A stretch of DNA of 39,273 nt from a bacterium. Its GTDB lineage: Bacteria; Desulfobacterota; S145-22. The notes under the pieces were generated by a model, which was not told where the DNA came from, ran no database searches, and worked only from the letters and a program-made list of their open reading frames with translations. Position 1 is the first letter of the stretch. Each line of letters starts with the position of its first letter. The stretch lies in contig JALTEW010000492.1 in the NCBI GenBank assembly GCA_027073795.1, forward strand, positions 1 through 39,273, given 5' to 3'. This document shows positions 9,353-16,935 of this stretch, one piece after another. The translations under genes were made by a program, and so were the position numbers.

Positions 9353-10549
9353 ATGACGATGAAAAAAGGATTAGGAATGGCATTGATCCTACTTTTACTG
9401 CTGGGAGTTGGATGTAACAAATCTCCCGAAGAGAAAAAAGTTGAACGTCCAACCATCCAGGTCAAAAAAACATTCATGGTTCGATTATCGAGAGTCCGTC
9501 CCCCTTACGAAGCTACGGGAACCGTAAGGTCAGAAAAAACGGTCATGGTCTCTCCCAAGGTCATGGGTTACATTCAAGCTATCTATGTCAAGGAAGGGGA
9601 CAGGGTAAAAAAAGGGCAGCGTCTCGTAACGATTTCCAGCCCGGAAATCAACGCCAAGGTCAAGATGGCGGAAGCAGGTTTAAAAGCGGCACAGCAGGCC
9701 AGTGTTGAGGTTAAGGCACACCTTAAGGAGGCAGAAGATGGGCTTGAGGCCGCCGAGGCAGCGTATCATCTGGCGAAAGTCACGTATCGTCGTTTCAAAA
9801 ACCTGATTAAAACAGAATCTGTCTCGCGACAGGAATTCGATGTGGTTGAAATGAAATACAAGGCAGCCAAGGCAGGGCTGAAACGCGCGAGGGCAATGAT
9901 TAACGTCGTCAAGGCCAAGGAAGCGCAGGTATCCTCCCAGATAAAGGCAGCGAAGGCTCAGGTCGCCGAGGCAAGGTCCTATCTCAATTACACCATTGTC
10001 CGATCCCCTATTGGGGGGCGCGTGATCAACAAAATGATTGACTCGGGCAACCTGGTGGCACCGGGGCGGCCCATTCTTTCTCTCGCTGATGAAAAAGATT
10101 ACCGCCTCTATGTATCCGTGGAGGAATCCCTCCATGCCTTCATCAAAGAGGGGGACCCAGTTACCGTCCAATTCACGTTTGGGACTCCCATACCGACGAA
10201 AATCACCCGGGTGATTCCGGATGTGGACCCTCGGACGCGCACGTTTACCGTGAAGGTAATGGTTCCACCGACCCTCACGGGCATTCGCCCAGGGATGTTC
10301 GGACGGGCCATCTTTTATCTTCCTGAGCAGGAAACGCTTCTCGTTCCCTACAAATCTGTTATCCAAAGGGGGCAATTAGAGATAGCCTATGTTGTCACAC
10401 CCCAGAACCTTTGCCAGATGCGCCTCATTAAACTTGGGAAACGTTACGGTGACAAGATTGAGGTCCTCTCGGGATTGGAAGCAGGGGAAAAAATCATTGA
10501 AGAGGACGTCAGCAAGGCCATCGACGGAGCAAAGGTGAAAGAGGGATAG
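9353..10549 (+). CDS. Efflux periplasmic adaptor (membrane fusion protein, HlyD/RND-MFP family), lipoprotein
   Basis: 398 aa with the lipobox LLLLGVGC. A long Ala/Lys/Glu-rich coiled-coil hairpin lies between lipoyl-like halves (GYIQAIYVKEGDRVKKGQRLV ... IVRSPIGGRVI). Confidence 0.85.
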   Translation: MTMKKGLGMALILLLLLGVGCNKSPEEKKVERPTIQVKKTFMVRLSRVRPPYEATGTVRSEKTVMVSPKVMGYIQAIYVKEGDRVKKGQRLVTISSPEINAKVKMAEAGLKAAQQASVEVKAHLKEAEDGLEAAEAAYHLAKVTYRRFKNLIKTESVSRQEFDVVEMKYKAAKAGLKRARAMINVVKAKEAQVSSQIKAAKAQVAEARSYLNYTIVRSPIGGRVINKMIDSGNLVAPGRPILSLADEKDYRLYVSVEESLHAFIKEGDPVTVQFTFGTPIPTKITRVIPDVDPRTRTFTVKVMVPPTLTGIRPGMFGRAIFYLPEQETLLVPYKSVIQRGQLEIAYVVTPQNLCQMRLIKLGKRYGDKIEVLSGLEAGEKIIEEDVSKAIDGAKVKEG

Positions 10550-10720
10550 CTACACATCTGGCCCGTTTTGTTGTTTCATCAGCTTTTGATCTGTGAATAA
10601 ATTTTTGTTGCACGCACAAAAATACCTCTACCTTTCCATGCCTTTTGTCTTCTACAACAGCGTCTTCATTGACAATAGCCGCCAAGTCCTATAGAAGTTG
10701 AAAAAAAGGAGGAGGAAAAA

Positions 10721-11695
10721 ATGAAAAAGGTTTTGCTTGGGTTGTTAGTTGTCGGTTTGATTCTCAGCTTTAATTCTATAAGCTTCGCCGGAAAGACCCT
10801 AACCTGGACGGCTGGCGGTGTAGGGGGCGGTTGGTACATGATGGGTGGTGGATTGGCCCAGATCATCCAGCAGGCAACGGGGATCAAAATCAAGGTCATC
10901 CCGGGGGGAGGAACAAAAAATCCTGCCCTCATCAACCGGGGAGACTGTGAGATAGGATGGGGACTTCCCTTCATTAATAACGCTGCCTACAATGGGAAAG
11001 AGCCTTACCACGAAAAATTGAAGAATCTCAGGGCCCTGGCAGGAGGGATGAGTATGAACCATTTCCATTTTTACGTGGGCGCTAATACCCCCTTTAAAAG
11101 CATGGATGAAATCTTTGGTGAAAAGAGGGCTATACGTCTCGCCGTATCTCCCTCCGGCACATCTGACGAATGGGTCTTCAGAAAAGTCCTCGCTTATTAT
11201 AAAACCAGCTACAAAGACCTGAAAAAAGCAGGGTTTAAATTTTTCCGAGGGAATTACAGCAGCCAGACGAATCAGTTCAAGGACAGAAACGTGGATGCTG
11301 TTTTTACCTTCCTTGCTGCGCCTGCGGCTGCGGTTACTGAAGCCTCCGTGGGGCGGAAGCTGAGGTTGATCCCTTTCCCGAAGGGGCTTTTGAAATACCT
11401 CTCACAGTTCGGCATCATCACAAAAACCATTAAGGCGGGAACCTATCCCAAGGCAGAAAATGCCAATCAGGATATCATCACAGCCGCTGCGGGAAGTGTC
11501 ATTACCACCCATGCGCAGCTTCCTGAAGACATTGCATACAAAATTACAAAGGCCATTTTTGACAACATCGACAAGGTTCGCCAGATTCACGCCAGTCTCA
11601 GACCCTATAAACTCGAAGACGGCCCGAAGGGGACCGGGATTCCTCTTCACCCCGGCGCCATCAAATTTTTCAAGGAGAAAGGGGTCTTGAAATAA
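10721..11695 (+). CDS. TAXI-family TRAP transporter solute-binding protein
   Basis: 324 aa with a signal peptide and a strong SD (AAAGGAGGAGG). It has the motifs GGVGGGWYMMGGGLAQ and a C-terminal IPLHPGAIKFFKEKG, which are typical of TAXI receptors. Confidence 0.9.
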   Translation: MKKVLLGLLVVGLILSFNSISFAGKTLTWTAGGVGGGWYMMGGGLAQIIQQATGIKIKVIPGGGTKNPALINRGDCEIGWGLPFINNAAYNGKEPYHEKLKNLRALAGGMSMNHFHFYVGANTPFKSMDEIFGEKRAIRLAVSPSGTSDEWVFRKVLAYYKTSYKDLKKAGFKFFRGNYSSQTNQFKDRNVDAVFTFLAAPAAAVTEASVGRKLRLIPFPKGLLKYLSQFGIITKTIKAGTYPKAENANQDIITAAAGSVITTHAQLPEDIAYKITKAIFDNIDKVRQIHASLRPYKLEDGPKGTGIPLHPGAIKFFKEKGVLK

Positions 11696-11725
11696 GTGAC
11701 CCTGTGTGTGAAAAATTCAAAACAG

Positions 11726-11770
11726 GGGCATCTTTCGGGCATTTCCTGGGAGATGCCCTCTTTGTTTTTG
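11726..11770 (+). terminator. Rho-independent terminator or attenuator after the TAXI receptor gene
   Basis: GGGCATCT (11726-11733) pairs with AGATGCCC (11751-11758); GGGCAT at 11738-11743 is an alternative partner. TCTTTGTTTTT follows. It begins 30 nt after the stop codon. Confidence 0.55.
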
Positions 11771-11795
11771 ACATATTCTCAAAAAGTCATGATGA

Positions 11796-11913
11796 GAAGG
11801 CAACAGAAAAAGCCTCAAATTCAAAGCGCACACATCTTCAGATTAAGGGCCTTTTGTCTGAGGGCGTGTTTAGGGTTTCCATCCTTTCCTTCAGTCTTCA
11901 GTCTGTTGCCTTC
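11796..11913. repeat. 12-bp perfect long-range inverted repeat enclosing about 94 nt in the TAXI-TRAP intercistronic spacer
   Basis: GAAGGCAACAGA (11796-11807) is the exact reverse complement of TCTGTTGCCTTC (11902-11913). The right arm overlaps a tandem heptamer TCAGTCT x2 (11891-11904). Confidence 0.8.
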
Positions 11914-11992
11914 AACCTTTAAACCTTACGGATCCGCCACCTTTTAAGTCAATGGGAGTTCCTGAAATCTCAAGGCAAATCAAGGATTCTCA

Positions 11993-13903
11993 ATGAGAAC
12001 CCTTTCGGGATGGACGAAGTACTGCGTGATGGCATATGGGATTTTTGCCTCACTTTTCCACTTGTACACGTCCGGATATGGGACCCCGGAACCTAGGGTT
12101 ATGCGCGGCATGCATCTTCTTCTGCTGCTTCCTATCGTTTTTATCATGTACCCCGCAACAAAAAAATCCCCCAAGCACCGTCCAAGCCTTTTCGACTTTG
12201 TTTTTGTTGCCATCTCCATTGCGGCAAGCGGGTATACCATCCTTAACGCTGAACTGTTGAACAACCGATTCATGGGCTTCGATCCCGTGACCTTGACACA
12301 GGTACTTCTGGGAAGTTTTTTAATCCTCGCCGTTGTCGAGGCCTGCCGTCGCGCCCTTTCAAAATGGATGGCTGTAACCATTGGGATCGTCTTCTTCTAT
12401 ATTTTTACCTGCCAATACTGGCCGGGTTTGTTCCATTTTAAGGGATACTCCTTCAGCCGTATCATTGAAATCATGTACCTGGATGGGGACGACGGAATGT
12501 TCGGCTTTCTCACCGGCATCTCTGCTGATATCCTTTATATCTACATCCTGTTTGCCGGCTTCATGATGGCAGCGGGCGTTGGGGATTTTCTCGTGGACTT
12601 CGCCATGTGGATCGCAGGCTGGGCAAAGGGAGGGTCTGCAAAGATTGCTGTGGTGTCCAGCGCCCTTTATGGTACCGTAAGTGGCAGCACCGTGGCAAAC
12701 GTTTACGCTACAGGAAGTTTCACCATTCCCCTTATGAAAAAGAATGGCTTTACGGCCAAACAAAGCGCCGCTGTTGAAGCCATTGCAAGCACTGGCGGCC
12801 AGATTATGCCTCCTATCATGGGGGCCGGCTCCTTTATCATGTCCGAAGTTACGGGTATCCCCTACTTTAAAATCATCAAGGTTGCTGTCATTCCTGCACT
12901 TCTTTACTACCTTGGCGTTTTCAGCATGGTCCACCTCATTGCCCGAAAAAAAGAGATGGCCGCTATCAAGCAGAAAGATCGTCCAAAACTTCAACCTATT
13001 TTGAGAAGAAGCTATTATTTCCTCCCTTTTGTCGCCATCCTGTGCCTTCTGGGATATGGTTATTCACCCGCGAAATCCGCCTTTTACGTGATTCTCCTGA
13101 CCCTTGCCCTGAGTTTTTTTGACAAAAAGACGTGGATGACCCAAAAGAAACTGATGGATTGCCTTTTTACATCCTCCGTAAATGCGGGGCTGATTGCCGC
13201 GGCCCTGGCCGGATCCGGGATGATCGTCGCCACATTGACCCAGACAGGCGCGGCGCTTGCCTTCGGGAATATCCTTGTCACCGCCTCGCATGGAAGTCTT
13301 CTCATTGTCATGGTTATGATCTTCATGGTGGTCAGTGTACTGGGAACCGGTATCCCTACAACGGCGGCCTACATTATTGCCGTAACGGTGGGTGCCGGGG
13401 CACTGAGATCTTTTGGTGTGGAACTTTTAGCCGCCCACCTCTTTGTATTCTACTACGCCGTTCTGGCAGACCTAACACCCCCGGATGCCGTTACTGCCTT
13501 TGCAGCCGCAAACCTCTCCGGTTCTGACATGATGGCGACCGGGGTAGAATCCTTCAAACTGGGCATCGCAGGTTTCCTGGTCCCCTTCGCCTTTGTCTTC
13601 AGAAGGGCCCTCCTTTTAGATGGCCCTTTACTCCAGTCTTTTATCGGGATTGCTTATACCTCTATTGGTATCGTTTGTCTGGCCGCCGCGGTCATTGGAT
13701 TCGTAAAAAAACCCCTTTCACCCATGGTTCGCTTCCTGTTCCTTGGAAGTGCCGTGGTGCTGGTCTTTCCCACAAGGGGTCTCGAGATTGCCGGCGTTGC
13801 CACAGCGGTAATCCTTTTCTCTTGTGTGTTTTTCGGGGAGAAACTAATTTCCTTACCTTCAATCTTGAAGCTCAGAGACCGGAGAAAATTTTGGAAAAAA
13901 TAG
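11993..13903 (+). CDS. TRAP transporter fused permease (TAXI-associated, DctQM-like fusion)
   Basis: 636 aa and highly hydrophobic with many TM segments. The N-terminus ...FASLFHLYTSGYGTPEPRVMRGMHLLLLLPIVFIMYP is typical of TAXI-type fused permeases. It lies downstream of the TAXI receptor. Confidence 0.9.
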   Translation: MRTLSGWTKYCVMAYGIFASLFHLYTSGYGTPEPRVMRGMHLLLLLPIVFIMYPATKKSPKHRPSLFDFVFVAISIAASGYTILNAELLNNRFMGFDPVTLTQVLLGSFLILAVVEACRRALSKWMAVTIGIVFFYIFTCQYWPGLFHFKGYSFSRIIEIMYLDGDDGMFGFLTGISADILYIYILFAGFMMAAGVGDFLVDFAMWIAGWAKGGSAKIAVVSSALYGTVSGSTVANVYATGSFTIPLMKKNGFTAKQSAAVEAIASTGGQIMPPIMGAGSFIMSEVTGIPYFKIIKVAVIPALLYYLGVFSMVHLIARKKEMAAIKQKDRPKLQPILRRSYYFLPFVAILCLLGYGYSPAKSAFYVILLTLALSFFDKKTWMTQKKLMDCLFTSSVNAGLIAAALAGSGMIVATLTQTGAALAFGNILVTASHGSLLIVMVMIFMVVSVLGTGIPTTAAYIIAVTVGAGALRSFGVELLAAHLFVFYYAVLADLTPPDAVTAFAAANLSGSDMMATGVESFKLGIAGFLVPFAFVFRRALLLDGPLLQSFIGIAYTSIGIVCLAAAVIGFVKKPLSPMVRFLFLGSAVVLVFPTRGLEIAGVATAVILFSCVFFGEKLISLPSILKLRDRRKFWKK

Positions 13904-15048
13904 CGGATGTGGTTATTATCGGCGGGGGCATCATCGGAACCAGCATTGCCGCCTTTTTGTCAGAGAAAAGGGTTGGTTCTATCGTCTTATTGGAAAAAGG
14001 GCTTCTGGGGGAAGGTTCTACGAGCCGGTGCGCGGGTGGCATTCGCTGTCAGTTCACGACCCCCATCAACATCCAGTTTTCCCTCAAAAGCATCGAAATT
14101 TTCAGGAATTTTAAAGAAATATTCGGCATAGACCCCGAGTTTCACCAATCCGGATACCTTTTTCTTGCCACGACCCATGAGGAATCAGAAGGGCTCCGCG
14201 CCGGTGTCAAATTGCAGAGGTCATTTAAACTCAACGTGGAAAGCCTTTCTCGGAATGATATTAAGGAACGATGGCCCTTCATCCATACGGGAGATCTGTT
14301 AGGTGGCACGTTCTGCGCCCAGGACGGGTACGCAGGCCCGTACGAGGTCCTGCGGGGCTATGTTCAAAAGGCACGGGACAATGGCGTCCGGATTTACGAA
14401 AACAAGGAAGTCGTTGGCACCCTGACCCGAAGCGGAAGGGTCCAGGGAGTCAAACTTGCCAACGGTGGAACCATATCAACACCGATAGTCGTGGACGCGG
14501 CGGGACCCTATGCAGGTGTGGTGGCGGAAATGGCGGGGATTTCCCTTCCCATCCAGCCTTTAAAGCGACAGCTCTATACCACCCCACCCTTTGATAAGCT
14601 CCCCGAAGAAATTCCCCTGACCATCGACCTTCATGTAGGATGGTATATTCGAAGAGAAGGGAAAGGGCTGCTTATTTCAGGTCCGCAAAGCGAGGACTAT
14701 GGATTTTCACTGAAAACAGACTTTGAGGGCCGCGAGTTTGCCGCAGTTCATGGAATGTATCGAATCCCTGTTTTAAGCCAGAGCACATTAGCCAGGGGAT
14801 GGGCGGGGCTTTACGCCATCACCCCGGATAACCACGCCATCATTGGCATGCACCCCGATCTCGATGGTTTCATTATCGCCGGGGGGTTCAGCGGACACGG
14901 TTTTCAACACAGCCCCGCAACTGGAATTGTAATTTCTGAACTTATCAGTGAAGGCCAAACCTCTACACTAAAGGTTCACTCACTTTCCGCCGATAGGTTC
15001 ATAAAAGGGAACCTTAATCGGGAGATATTGACGGCATTCAGAGACTAA
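13891..15048 (+). CDS. FAD-dependent oxidoreductase, DAO family (sarcosine oxidase beta / glycine or D-amino-acid oxidase-like)
   Basis: The track ORF starts at 13675 inside the permease gene. I place the start at TTG 13891, 6 nt after GGAG, giving MEKIADVVIIGGGIIGTSIAAFL (GXGXXG dinucleotide fold). The C-terminus has GGFSGHGFQHSPATG. It overlaps the permease stop by 13 nt. Confidence 0.85.
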   Translation: MEKIADVVIIGGGIIGTSIAAFLSEKRVGSIVLLEKGLLGEGSTSRCAGGIRCQFTTPINIQFSLKSIEIFRNFKEIFGIDPEFHQSGYLFLATTHEESEGLRAGVKLQRSFKLNVESLSRNDIKERWPFIHTGDLLGGTFCAQDGYAGPYEVLRGYVQKARDNGVRIYENKEVVGTLTRSGRVQGVKLANGGTISTPIVVDAAGPYAGVVAEMAGISLPIQPLKRQLYTTPPFDKLPEEIPLTIDLHVGWYIRREGKGLLISGPQSEDYGFSLKTDFEGREFAAVHGMYRIPVLSQSTLARGWAGLYAITPDNHAIIGMHPDLDGFIIAGGFSGHGFQHSPATGIVISELISEGQTSTLKVHSLSADRFIKGNLNREILTAFRD

Positions 15049-15073
15049 AATTTTATTAAATTAAACAAAATTA

Positions 15074-15087
15074 TGCAAATTTTTGCA
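15074..15087. promoter_or_regulatory. 6-2-6 palindrome TGCAAA-TT-TTTGCA, a candidate operator upstream of the lipoprotein promoter
   Basis: The arms TGCAAA and TTTGCA are exact reverse complements. The site lies about 40 nt upstream of the predicted -35 in a roughly 140-bp AT-rich tract. No binding protein can be assigned. Confidence 0.3.
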
Positions 15088-15127
15088 GAATTATGGCTAA
15101 TTTTTAGGAAATTTAATAAAAATACGC

Positions 15128-15157
15128 TTGACAAACGGGTTTTGTTTTGCTTAAGTA
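15128..15157 (+). promoter_or_regulatory. Putative sigma70 promoter of the lipoprotein gene
   Basis: TTGACA (15128-15133), a 17-18 nt spacer and TTAAGT/TAAGTA (15151-15157). The predicted TSS lies about 25 nt upstream of the ATG, before the SD AGGGAGG. Confidence 0.45.
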
Positions 15158-15189
15158 GCCTAAAGTGAGAAAAAATAGGGAGGTAAAAA

Positions 15190-15720
15190 ATGATGAAAAG
15201 AAATTCATTTGTCGGCCTTTTAATCCTTGTTGTTTTTACCTTTTTGGTTTCTTCATGCGGAGGTGGCAGTTCTCCCGGCTCCCCCGGCACCAGCGGTGGG
15301 GGTGAAGCCGGTTCCTTGCTGACCGTTGAAGCGGTTTCTCCGTCAAATACCTTCTTAAGGACAAGCGATCTTACGTCAACAGAAACGGTTGATGTAACGA
15401 TTGGCAATTATGACCTGCCCAATCGGACGGGAACAGCTTCTGCTATCACCTTCACCCAATACACCGTCGAATACAAGCCCCTTGAACCCGGATGCCCTTT
15501 TTTGGATAACCGCACCTACACCGGAACATGGTATGTAGGTGCTAATACAAATGCTACCTTTACCCTGCCTTTCTGGGATTACTACACCAAGCTTCAGTAC
15601 CGGTATCCCAACGATTCCCATCTCTATCGCTACAACGTGGTATTCACCATGACGGGATACAATGTTTTTGGAAAGAAGGTTACGATTGTTTTTCAATTTA
15701 ATGTAACAACCCAGAAGTAA
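15190..15720 (+). CDS. Hypothetical secreted lipoprotein with a beta-rich domain of unknown function
   Basis: 176 aa. It has a signal peptide with lipobox LVSSCGG, a Gly/Ser/Pro linker, then a Thr/Tyr/Asn-rich domain. It has a strong SD and its own promoter and terminator. I recognise no family. Confidence 0.7.
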   Translation: MMKRNSFVGLLILVVFTFLVSSCGGGSSPGSPGTSGGGEAGSLLTVEAVSPSNTFLRTSDLTSTETVDVTIGNYDLPNRTGTASAITFTQYTVEYKPLEPGCPFLDNRTYTGTWYVGANTNATFTLPFWDYYTKLQYRYPNDSHLYRYNVVFTMTGYNVFGKKVTIVFQFNVTTQK

Positions 15721-15750
15721 GTCTCCTCCCTCCTTACCCCCTTATGCCCT

Positions 15751-15783
15751 GAGCCCCCGTTGCTGTAATGGGGGCTCTTTTTC
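15751..15783 (+). terminator. Rho-independent terminator of the lipoprotein gene
   Basis: GAGCCCCC (15751-15758) pairs with GGGGGCTC (15770-15777) across an 11-nt loop, followed by TTTTT. Confidence 0.7.
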
Positions 15784-15955
15784 TGAAGCCTTTTGCAGTT
15801 AGAACGCCTTTGCAACGGGGTTGGCTTTTCACGTTTGGCTGTGATATAAGCCTATCTAAAGAGGTTGTGGTTGAAAAACAGGGAGGAATAAAATAGACTT
15901 CTTCAGCACGATTGCCGTTCTGTCCACAGCTGTTCTGGGCGTCGCGGCCCTTGCC

Positions 15956-16279
15956 ATGCTCATCGCAACCTTTTTCATGTGGCTTGGCGCCAAGATGGCA
16001 GGAGTAAAAAAGGCCACCTTCGGACGCTCCTTTCTCGCGGCCATGGGGTCCGCCTTTTTGACGTGGATCCTATCGCTGTCTCTCTCCTTCTTCCCACCTG
16101 TTGGTCCGCCCATTGGGTTTATCATTGGGTTGGTGGTGGTTATTTTTGTCATCATGGGTGCCTATGATACCACCTTTGGTAAGGCCCTGCTGGTCTGGCT
16201 TTTCCACCTTCTGGCAGAGGTTGCTGCTATCGCTATTGGCGTTTTCACCTTTGCCGGTGCCCTCATACGATTCGTTTAA
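15956..16279 (+). CDS. Small hydrophobic membrane protein of unknown function, possibly starting upstream at 15893
   Basis: 107 aa from the first ATG, with 3-4 predicted TM segments. The frame is open and hydrophobic from 15875, and GGGAGG at 15881-15886 sits 6 nt before an ATA codon at 15893. No SD precedes the ATG at 15956. Confidence 0.55.
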   Translation: MLIATFFMWLGAKMAGVKKATFGRSFLAAMGSAFLTWILSLSLSFFPPVGPPIGFIIGLVVVIFVIMGAYDTTFGKALLVWLFHLLAEVAAIAIGVFTFAGALIRFV

Positions 16280-16301
16280 GGGATAAAAATACCTGAAAAA
16301 T

Positions 16302-16700
16302 TTACTGGTCAGCTTTCTTTTTCTGTCGTTCCACACCCTTTTCACAAATCTTTACACGGTCGAATTCGGAGAGCCGTTCTGTAAGGTCCTTTACGGTAGG
16401 CTCATCGTCCAGCCAGTGCCTGAGATTTCCCAGTAGGGTTGATGCATAAGGGCTTGAGGTTCCTTCAGCCAAAAAATAATTCACCCACAGCCCATCCTTG
16501 TTGAATCCAACCAGTCCTGCTTCATCCAGTATTCTCAAATGCTTGGATATGGTGGGTTGTGCCAGGCCTAATGCCGCCTGGATTTCACAAACACACATAT
16601 CCCGATGTTGAAGCATCTTCAGGATTTTCACTCTGCTTGGGTCAGACAGTGCTTTCATCACCCTTATAAAGTCCTTTATCACCCGGCTTCTTTCTATCAC
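16302..16700 (-). CDS. ArsR/SmtB-family metalloregulatory transcription factor
   Basis: 132 aa. The wHTH reads ALSDPSRVKILKMLQHRDMCVCEIQAALGLAQPTISKHLRILDEAGLV and includes a CVC motif at the ArsR-type metalloid site. It uses a GTG start. Confidence 0.85.
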   Translation of the reverse strand: MIERSRVIKDFIRVMKALSDPSRVKILKMLQHRDMCVCEIQAALGLAQPTISKHLRILDEAGLVGFNKDGLWVNYFLAEGTSSPYASTLLGNLRHWLDDEPTVKDLTERLSEFDRVKICEKGVERQKKKADQ

Positions 16701-16935
16701 TTTTCCATCCTTTCTATCTTTACTTGTTTGCCTTTACCGACACCCCATCCAGCCTTCTGTTATCTGGGTCTCTCGAACTCTACAACAGATTTTATCTTTC
16801 CTTCTCCCCCAATGGCAGGGGTTGTCAACAGGTCATTGTTAGCGATTTTCATTAACTCTTTTACTCTATAGAGATATTGTAATCTATCATGTGAAGTGAT
16901 TTTTTTCAACCAAAAGATTTACAAGACCGTCCTAT

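Noticed and set aside
10611-10633. ATTTTTGT-N7-ACAAAAAT hairpin after the adaptor gene as a terminator.
   Set aside because: The stem is almost entirely A-U and no T-run follows, so it is too weak to call.
11696-11947. The 83-aa and 72-aa ORFs in the TAXI-TRAP spacer as protein genes.
   Set aside because: They have no SD and their composition is odd. They span the terminator hairpin and the inverted-repeat arms, so the region is better explained as structured RNA.
15810-15840. A possible sigma54 -24/-12 promoter (TGGC...TTGGC) upstream of the small membrane protein gene.
   Set aside because: The GG-to-GC spacing is about 15 nt rather than the required 12 or so, and the -12 element does not match TTGCW.
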